Part shown: in pieces, positions 55,163 through 64,000 of the stretch
Layout: each line of letters opens with the position of its first letter
How positions within the stretch are numbered: the stretch's first letter is position 1
Assembly (NCBI GenBank): GCA_037447605.1
Contig: CM074806.1
Span: 1,798,001 to 1,862,000, forward strand
Direction: 5' to 3'
From: Zygnema circumcarinatum SAG 698-1b
Lineage: Eukaryota > Plantae > Zygnematophyceae
DNA length: 64,000 nucleotides
The notes under the pieces: model-generated
What the model saw: only the letters and a program-made list of their open reading frames with translations
Told to the model about the DNA's origin: nothing
Database searches by the model: none
Translations under genes and position numbers: made by a program

Positions 55163-55222
55163 GCCACGTGGCAATTGCCGCAGCTTGCCACGTGGCAGCT
55201 ACCATGTAGCCCGTCACGTGGC
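55163..55222. promoter_or_regulatory. Cluster of three ABRE/G-box elements upstream of the hydrophilin gene
   Basis: GCCACGTGGC at 55163-55172, GCCACGTGGC at 55187-55196, TCACGTGGC at 55214-55222. Further TCACGTCACGTCACG at ~55282-55296. Confidence 0.7.
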
Positions 55223-55406
55223 GCAATCTGCGAATGTCGCCGCGTCGTCCGCCGAGAAGCGGTCCCCGGCGGACCGTCATATCACGTCACGTCACGCTCC
55301 GCGACGCGGCAGTTCTTACTCAAAAGTCGAGGCAGGGCCGAGGGGGGAAGGGAGGGAGAGAGGAGGGGGGTGGTGGCAGGCAGCAGGCGGCAGGCGGCAG
55401 GCAGGC

Positions 55407-56057
55407 ATGGCGGAGCAGAGCGCGCCCGCGCAGAGAGTGAAAGAGGACCCGCGGCCCGCGTGCAAGGAGGCCAAGAGCAAGATCGGGTGCGCTCGCTCGC
55501 CCTACCGCTGCAGGCTGCTCTTGCTGCTGCAGGAGCCTATGCGGAATACCATGAAGAAAGAAAAAATGAATGTCTAGATTAAGTCATTTTCTGCGTGTTT
55601 TTTTGGAAAGAATAGCCGGAATTTTAACGGAGAGGGAGGTTTCGTTCTTGCTAACCCATCACCATGGATTTACTGTTTGACTTGCAAGAACATGGTGCAA
55701 TTTTGCCGTTTCTACTTCTAGCTGTGGAATCTGCAAAGCTATTCAAATTGCGAGTTGCTGCCGCGTAGTTTTCTTCTAATTCTCTTGTAAACTCCCAGTC
55801 AGCCTGCGTAAGGAAATCTTCAAAAACTATTGTGAAGATGAAGACTACTACAAATGGCAATTCGTTATCAATACCATTGACTTCGTGTGGCGAATCCTGC
55901 AAATGGCAGGCGTGATCTTGCATTTGAGGGCGGCGAGCATGTGATTGGGCCGGGGGGAGAGGACACTGGACAGCGCTCCGAGGAAAAGTTCGCTCCAGGA
56001 CTTAATGAACGACAAGAGGGCCAGAGCGGAACGGAGAAAAAACGAGAGACGGAGTGA
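55407..56057 (+). CDS. 75-aa hydrophilin / LEA-like protein, 2 coding exons (55407-55486, 55910-56057)
   Basis: The phase-2 join gives MAEQSAPAQRVKEDPRPACKEAKSKIGRDLAFEGGEHVIGPGGEDTGQRSEEKFAPGLNERQEGQSGTEKKRETE* (13 Glu, 10 Gly, no Trp/Tyr). It has a GA leader and ggcATGg. A strong donor aag|gtaagc lies about 10 nt after the stop (3'UTR intron). Confidence 0.65.
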
Positions 56058-56889
56058 GACTTGAAGGTAAGCTCGAGTTGTTGTAGTTTCCCTATTTTTC
56101 AGTGTCCCCAGCCCCCGCTCCCTCCCTGCTTGCAACATGCTTAGTCACATATGAGCTGGCAGTCCACGAGGAGTTGTCAGTGTTGGCCACCTTGGTATGG
56201 TATCGCCATATCCGCGTATGAATTCTGGTGCAGTTTAAAGGACTTGGCAGCCTGCTCATGATTTATGAGGCCGTTTCATTTCCATGCACTGGAATGTATT
56301 TGCTGTTGGATACCTTCTCTTTTGGGGTTCTCAGCTGCAATGTCGTGATGAATTGCAGGAGGTTTGGATTTGACAATGCGAAGATAGAGATCGCAAATGG
56401 CGCAGCAAGACCTTGTACAGAAGTAGTCAAGGAATGCATGTCGACGAGAGTGCGTTAACACAACATGGTGGCACATTAAAAGTAGAGTGACTTGGAAGCG
56501 CATGGCGGAACAGTCCTCAGTCGCTACACAGCGCTGTGCAAAAGCCAAGTTTTGACATGATGTGTGGTTGTTTGGACTGGCGTTACTAACGGCGTCAATC
56601 TGAAGCATGCCAACTGGTGATCACCAAGTCTGACTTCTGGGCCCTGAGGGCTCTGAGTTGAATGGGATGAAGGAAATGATTGATTAGAGTGGTATTATAT
56701 CGTTCTCCCGCATATAAGCAAAGCTCTACCACTTAGAAAGATCAGAAAAAGTAACAACCTAGTTGGTACACAATGTCCTTCATGAAATTGCTCTGGTCAC
56801 GCACTTCTATGTTGGCCTCTTTACTGTTGTGGACTAGCAAAACCAAACTCCAGGAAAAGGTCTACTTCATCTATTCCGAATCATGGCTT

Positions 56890-57175
56890 AAACTTTGAAG
56901 TCTCCCACTGCTGCGATTGAGTTCCCGCTGCCTTGCATATCCAAAAGCATGAAGTTCAGCGATCCTACAGCCAGCCGAAAGAAAGTTTGATTCAATACAG
57001 TTTGATTCTTGATTTTCTGCAAGAGCGGCTTGATTGACAAACCCTTAACTTCTTGTTGAAATACTGATCAGGGACACAAAGATGGTTGAAGCACAAAGAT
57101 GGTTGAAGCCCACAAGCATTGCGTCGGGCTTGTCTACATCGAGAAGCCATCGATCCTCGTAAAGCAGCTTGCGCT
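56890..57175 (-). pseudogene. Decayed fragment resembling an RluA/RluD-family RNA pseudouridine synthase
   Basis: The minus strand reads RKLLYEDRWLLDVDKPDAMLV, compared with family motif I (ILYEDxxLLVVNKPxGxxV). A 17-bp tandem duplication (57075-57108) shifts the frame. Removing it puts L*DR*TS, possibly a degraded RLDRxTSG, about 36 codons downstream in the same frame, with stops. Confidence 0.45.
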
Positions 57176-58103
57176 GCAGGCCATTTTAGGTTACCTTGTT
57201 TGACATCTATAGATATCGCATGTATTTTTAACTTTTGCTCATTTTAAGACGCATACGCGCTCCTGCCTGGATTTTTGTTGTTGTTTTTGCAAGCCAAAAT
57301 GGCTTTAAAGTGTGCGAGTTTGTCAAGGGACCTCTTTGGCAGAGCGTATTTGACAGAAGATACACCTCACTAGAAGTGGAGGAGTACGAAATGGCAGCAG
57401 GAGGCAAACTCGACTGTACGGTCAAGCCATGGCTTCACCTCAACAAGGAAAGAGACTCTACTGGGGCCAAAAGCTTAGCGTGGTCAGGAATTGAATTGGA
57501 GACCTTGCAAAACGAAACGCGCCCGGGAAAAACGCTCAAACGCGACCTGCACCGGGCCGCAAACTGCAAACTAGAAACCGCGGCAGATTTTTTGCCTTAA
57601 AACCTGAATGCGATTTTTTTGCAACCTGGTTTTTACGTTGTGACATGGAGGATCTGTTTTGTCACATCTCACGCTGGTGCTCGGCTACCTATTTTTTTTC
57701 TTTTAATACTAGCCCATAGAACCCATAGCCACAAAAACCAAAACTACAAACCCCAAACCCTAAATGATATCAAAAGCTTCTCAAATTGATGAGAAATAAA
57801 CATGGAACGAACAGAGGTTGGCTGATCGACTCTGTCACTTAATCAAGTGAACACTTTGTTCAAGAAAATTACGAGCTGTCCTTACACGGCAATTGACATT
57901 CGACAACCAAATTCTTAACCAAACATGCTTACAACATGTGCATCCATCCCGTAATATACTATCAAAAAGAATGAGAATGGCAGCTATAGAACTAGTCTCT
58001 ACGTTGTGTGTGTGTTGGAGTCTGCGGACCAGTTCGTGTTAAACAATTATAACATGGCAAACGCAAAGTTCTCCCCCCAACAAATTAGCGGACTGCAAAG
58101 GCT

Positions 58104-60430
58104 TCAAAGTGCGAGGAGCGCGCAACCCGTCACGGTCCCGCGCATGTCGTGTAACTTTTTGCTGACGGACCATTCGCGAGAACCCGGCGACCAAATCTTC
58201 ATATCCACCGGGTCCTCCAATGTGCTCCTCAACGTGTGCCCTCCTACCACAAGAATACGATCCTTGTAAACCACCAAGTGAGAGTTGAATCGCATCGGCT
58301 CGTTCGTACGACTACTCCATACTGCTTTTTCCAAAAAGTCGTTGCAATACATTGCCGTTCCATTGAAGCTGTAAATCTTTTTCTCGACGGCAACCAAGGG
58401 AGTTCCTCCATAGACAAGAGGGAAAGCTGGGGAGATGTTCTTATCGTCCTCCACTACTATCGTCCATTTGTGGAGACGAAGTTTGTATGCTTCCGAGGCG
58501 TACACTCCAACCCAGAATTCACCATCCACAACGAGCCCAAAACAATTTAACCTGTAAAGTTAAACGAGGAAAGCATATCGGAGTGATAAGTAGCTGAACG
58601 AGAAAAAATAACCAACCTTCACATAATAAAACTTGCAATGTTTTGCAAATCACGCTTTTATTGCTGATTTAGTGCTGTGCACAAAGAAAAAAGGGATTAA
58701 AAAAAAGATCTATGCTCTGCTCTTACCGTGCCGACGGCATGTCTGATAACATCTCCCACTCCTCTGTAGAAAGGTTTAGCATTTCAGCGCTTGATAATGC
58801 CTTTCCACATATATCGCTTCCGCCGGCAACCATGATATAGTTCCCAAGAACAGCATAGGCAAAGCGTGCTCTTGCATGATTCATTGGAGGGCCCTCATTC
58901 CACAAATTGGAAACAGCATCATATATCCATACCTGCAAAAAAGTCAAAGACCCCGCAAAACGTCAAAACGTCAGTATATCGAAAGCCTTTCGAACCAAAC
59001 TTTGGCATAGTTCTAATGAGCCCTTTTTTGCGAGTTTGTATCAAGTGCTTGCTCTGTCGTTCTGTTTTTAAGTTTTGAAGGAGTGAAATGTCAGTGCATG
59101 CCAACATCCCATAGAGACGTTTGAAGAATGGGAGCAATATCAACTTTCATGTAAGATAAAAATGCTATTCCAAAGTATTAAGGAAGATGTATATATACAC
59201 CTATATGATGTTCACCTGATTGGTTGGCTTCTTATCCTCGAATTCACCGGTTTTAGGGAGGATACGCTCGCTCGCTCCGCCAATAACGAATAGCTTTGGG
59301 CCGAATACAACTGTTGCGTGGTGATATAGTTCTACCACTGGACTTGGGCATGGCGGTAGCTTGAACGAAGTGCCATTCGCTACAGAACGTGAATTCCACC
59401 GTTATATGATCAAAAGAACAATAAAAGTCAAAAGTTTCGCATTTTAGTGACCATGAATTGGTCAATCAAACGCTTCATGGTAATATAAAGCAAAATCAAA
59501 AAGGTAGAATCCACAGTTCCAAAATGAACAAAAATGCTCGAAACATGCACAAACTATAAGCTTATGTACTCACGAACTCGAGACCAACGGGAGACGAGCT
59601 GGAATAGCAAAAAAGAAAGGACTATTTGCCGACATTAACAAAGAACCATAACACTATATATAGAGTTGTGCAGCTTAAGTCTTTTTAACAGAAGACTTAT
59701 GCTTCGACTTATGCTTATGCGGCATGCTTATAACCACTAATGTGCTTCTTACCAAGATTATAGGCCTTCCATATGCCTCCTGATTGCAGAGTATTCACAT
59801 ACAGCCATGCTTCTGCAACTCCTCGGGCTTTCCTTAACCTGCAAAATAATGAGTTCATGCAAGAATTGAATATTTCCTCGAATAAATTTTGCACTACAAA
59901 ATTGCAGCCTGACCACGTTCAAAGCCTATCAGTATTAGGCCAAACGCAGGAGCTGCTTGAATAAAAAAACTATTCAAACTACGTTTCACCCTCTCGTCCT
60001 CTCGACCCTCTCGTTTCGCTCGTGAAGTCTTTCTGCTACAAAGTAGACCAACGTATTTTTCGAACCAAGAATTGACTTGTGTTTGATTTTTCAATTCATA
60101 ATTTCTTTAGCATAGATGGAAAAATTAATAAAAAGCAGGTGAAGCACGCAACTCTTCCTTCAAACGTTGCACAACTTACTCGTAAAGCTCTCTACTTCGA
60201 AACGTCCTCCTCCATGCGCGGCAAACTCCCTGTGCCCTCATGTGAAATGAACGCGGGATAAAGCTGAAGCATAGGAGCACAATTTCGTCAGGAAGACGAG
60301 AAAAAAAATCAACAGCTTCTGCGACTTCGCCGTGAAGCCTTGTTTCTTCGCTGTTCCCCTCAGCCTCCACCGCTCTGCAAGCAGTCGCTGCTGTGGAGCG
60401 CACTGCAACTTCGTCCCCAGTTTCCGCCAT
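58104..60430 (-). CDS. F-box/kelch-repeat protein, 5 exons
   Basis: F-box LPDEIVLLCFSFIPRSFHMRAQGVCRAWRR|..LRKARGVAEAWLYV. Kelch repeats KLFVIGG..|VWIYDAVSNLWNEGPPMNHARARFAYAVLGNYIMVAGG..SAEMLNLSTEEWEMLSDMP and ILVVGG..WSVS. Ends GTVTGCALLAL*. Confidence 0.92.
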
Positions 60431-60817
60431 AAACAACTGCCTAGCCTTCCCCTTCCAGGCCCTCCCTCCCCCTCCCGCTCGCTCGCGCCCTCTCCTTCAA
60501 GTCAACGACTCGAACTCGCTGAGGGAGGGCCGGGCGCCTTCACTACAAGTGACAGTTCCCAAAACGAGTAGAGCGCATGCTGCCAGTTTATAATGAAGTG
60601 ACGCACGATTCAAGCTTGGAGGTACTGTTTCTGTACACGCAGCACAAATTTGAACGTTTGACACGCGGGCACACGGCGCTTTTCCTGGCTGTTTCCGTAC
60701 ATCGTCGAGCATTTTCGTACATGATCGTACAGTACTTTTTGGCCAGCCAGCAGTGGTCGGCCGCAAATTTGGTTCGTGGAAGGTCCCAGATGGGCCAAAT
60801 TCTTGCTATACGATATT

Positions 60818-60850
60818 ATACGACACGATACGATACGATATGATATGATG
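60818..60850. repeat. (ACGAT/ATGAT)n pentanucleotide microsatellite
   Basis: atacgacacgatacgatacgatatgatatgat. Confidence 0.75.
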
Positions 60851-61967
60851 CGGTGTGGTACGATGCGACACGGCTTTTTTTTTAGACGAGTGTTTGACTG
60901 AGAGAGCGGCTTTGGGATTGTTGGGTCTGTGCGGCGGCATTGGGGTGCTGCAAAACATGCGTCTCGAGCTAGAGAATGGGCCTGAAGGGAGGCCAAAACC
61001 CTCCTTTGAAAGGCCATTTTGCACGGCTGTCACAACAGAGCCCATCTGCCACAGGAACCATGAGTTCACAGGAACATGCCACACCTACAGAGCTTGCATC
61101 ACAATTTTAAAAAAGGTTAACAAAGTGCATGGATTGCTACAAACTTAAACTAAGGAGGACTAGAGATCACACTGTAAAATGTATTACAGCTGCTTATACC
61201 ATAAATGGAGGAGAACAAGCAGCTAAGTCAGCAGGCAGGGCGTGCCTTTGCGGCTGCACTGCTCAAGTCACACTGTAACTAACCAATAACAGCTACTCTT
61301 GTCGGCTGCTGTATTTGCGCCAAATGGCAGCAGTAAGCAATGCGATGCCGGAGCGCCATGCGCCCCGAGCTTATCGTTAATGCTGCAGCACACTGCCGTG
61401 TACTTGCACTAAAATATTCCCATATCTCACATCGTCCCAAGAGAGCATCAGGAGCAAAAAACACTACACACCGACATTCTCACGGCTCTATCTATACTAC
61501 GTACATTGCAGGTGTGCCATAACCCCTGCCACGGTCAGCAGTGAAGAAAATAAATCAATTGTTTGGTGCCCCTATGGACCTCCCTCCTCAAGCCAAGAAA
61601 TCCCGCTCTCCTCCCACCACCTCCTCCTACAGCGCTTCAACACATTATACATGCCCACTAAGGCCGTCCCCTATGTTTCATTCCGCATTCTTGGAGCATT
61701 CCTTATGCATATCCTTGCATTGCGATAATGAGTGTCGCCTTCAGAATAGAGCCACCTCCAGGTCGCTGTCTTGACTACCTGCAACCTCAACAAGCACAGA
61801 TGCTCTCTTTTAACCAAATCGAGCTTGCCTCCAAGACAGACGCGGCCCTGGACTGCCATCTGAAGTTGGTTCATTGTTACAAGAGAACATGCTTGCTTAG
61901 AGCACGACGAAAACCTCGGAGGAGAAAGGCTATTGAAAGGAAAAAAGGATAATAAAAAGAGATGGAA

Positions 61968-63970
61968 TCAGCAATAACGAGGTCCCAACGATTGATAAGA
62001 GGCACACCTTAGAAAGCTTGGAGATGACGGAGTAGGAGAGGGCGGCGAAGAATGATTTGGAAAAGTTATCTGCGTGGACGATGAGGGTGAAGGAAGGCGG
62101 GATGCGGGAGCAGAGGCAAGGCGGGGCGACGGAGGAGGCTCTCCCAATGATGATGAGAAGCTGAGGCCAAGTGGAGGTGCCCAAGGAATGTCGAATGAAA
62201 AGTCGCCACCTGGAGATGACAGGTCGGAGCCAAGTCTCTGCCAGCCCCCTCCATCATCGGCTGCAGGTCCCCCCGGCCAGCTGCCGCCTCCCTGACTCAC
62301 CTCCAGATCCCCTTCAGAATCCCCACCGCGCCTTTCAGGGGCCGACAGCTGGCGCCGCGTCATCTTCCGTACAGTCCTGTCGGTCGCCCCGGGGAGGCTC
62401 CGACTGTTTGGAAGAGGAAGGCGCGACCCCCACCCGCTCTCTCTCGCAGGAAGGAGGTTCTTAGGGCTGCCGGGCCCAAGGAGAGGGACGTAGTGTTCCC
62501 CAGCTAAAGCTTTTGTTATTGACAAGTAATCGCCATCATATGCTCTCACTTCTGCAAAAGTGTAGTTTGTTGGCCCTTCTTCTGATGAGCTACAGGTCTG
62601 CTCTCCTAATTCACTGTCCACTCCAGAAGGACTGCTGCTTCGATCCCTCTTCCTGCGCCCAAATTCAAGGCTACTACAGCTACGACTTCTCCGCAGCTGA
62701 GCGGGCTCCCTTCGTGACTCCTCACCTTCGTCCACAGCCATTGTGCTCACCTCGTCGTCTCTCTCAACCTCCTTCACACTGCAAGTGTAGGCTTCCTCTT
62801 CAAATTCTTCGCCTTCAAAACGAAGGTTGCTGAAATTCACATCCACGGCTCCACCCCACGACCGTGCTTTTAACCGACTTCTGCGACTCCTCCTCGGCAT
62901 TAATCGCTGCATAACTGAAAGGTGCTCTGAGAAGACATCACCATTATCGAGATCCATTTCTGACACATCAGCCATCTCAGAAGTCTCACTTCTGCTATCT
63001 CCCTCATCAGAAATTCTGATAGTTGAAACGACTTGTACTACTGGCTCCATTTCCTGCCTAGCCATGCTATCTTCTTCTGCTTCATTCCAATGCATAGGTT
63101 CTCCAGTCGAAGTCCCCATGTTAGGCATGCTGTTCTGTCTGAAACTTCCATTCGGCACAAACTTTGCTGTTGAATCACTGCCAGCTGTCACAGCCTCTAC
63201 CGGTGCTGCCTCTGCTTCCACAGGCCATTTAGTATCTCCCCCTTCTCTCCGTTGTGCTGGAGGAGGTTTAGGAGGTGAAACGAAGGGGTTACTTCTAGGC
63301 ACGAAGTCAAAGGTGCTATCAGGCTCCTTCAGTGCATCAATGAAGTGTACTCCTTCGCTCCCTTCAAGAATGGGCACCACTGGCCCTGACAACTTCTCAT
63401 ACCGCAGCATCTGCTGCGCAGCAGAATCTGCAGCTGCTCGGAGAAGCTCATTGCTCTTGTGGCCTCTCCAACTGTACAGAGTTCCACCCACCTGCAAATT
63501 AACAGAGCAGAAGGTGATTTAAGAAACTCAACTAGAGTACTCACTTCATAAGACTGCAATCCACAGCTCTAAAAAAGAGAAGGCTTGAGTCTTAAACTAT
63601 TTCAAAGCAGTTTGACATCAACCTTATTCCCCGTGCGCACCATATAACAACCCTGACATAATATTGGTAATCAGACTGTATCAACTGAGGAGGTCAGATG
63701 AGAAGCCGCGGCTCACTTGCAGAATGAAGGCTCCCCTAGGGTCCAGCCCATCCCTTGAAACCTGGGGGAGCGCCTTGGGGACAACATGCAGTGCATCGTA
63801 GGGGGAATGCGGGGCCATTCTGTACAGGCGGACAACAGGAGGTCCGGGCGAGCTCAAACCGAGTATTCTCTTATGCCACTGGAGCAGCTGGCATGCAAAA
63901 CCCATATTAGGGTTGGTTACCCCTCGTGCGGCCTTTACATATCGAAAGGCATCTTCGAAGCTTCGGCCCT
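61968..63970 (-). CDS. MKP1: Plant MAP kinase phosphatase 1 (dual-specificity phosphatase + gelsolin-like domain); 5' part lies beyond the window
   Basis: Exon ~63718-63970: GRSFEDAFRYVKAARGVTNPNMGFACQLLQWHKR..RLYRMAPHSPYDALHVVPK..LDPRGAFILQ, which is diagnostic of MKP1. The next exon 61968-63494 begins VGGTLYSWRG and continues as a long Ser/acid-rich region. The 3' end is uncertain; a donor at ~62008 could splice to a short exon ending near 61790. Confidence 0.88.
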
Positions 63971-64000
63971 GGCAGCAGAGAAACGGGTAACGGCTAGGTC

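Overview
This is eukaryotic nuclear DNA, intron-rich with GT-AG introns. The gene set points to a streptophyte: eIF(iso)4G, DUF707, DUF3339, F-box/kelch, a plant-type MKP1 and thioredoxin f. The GC-rich first exons and compact layout suggest a streptophyte alga (possibly Zygnematophyceae-like), but that is inference. Manual splicing supports about 14 protein-coding genes. In order they are: DUF707 (-), an orphan Gly/His-rich + hydrophobic + C2-like protein (+), eIF(iso)4G (-), PABN (+), CIP111/AFG2-like AAA+ ATPase (-), long-chain-base-phosphate phosphatase SPP1/LPP-delta (+), Trx f (-), an orphan MGNC coiled-coil protein (-), CAF-1 p150/FAS1 (-), DEAD-box RH20/DBP2 (-), DUF3339 (+), a 75-aa hydrophilin behind an ABRE cluster (+), F-box/kelch (-) and a partial MKP1 (-). 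The window also holds a TA-flanked MITE, a decayed RluA-like fragment, a thrice-dispersed ~40-bp hairpin repeat, G-rich mini- and microsatellites, and several tight head-to-head gene pairs. I found no rRNA, tRNA or CRISPR array. Most ORFs in the supplied track are antisense shadows or intronic noise. Exon boundaries were read by eye and may be off by a few bases.
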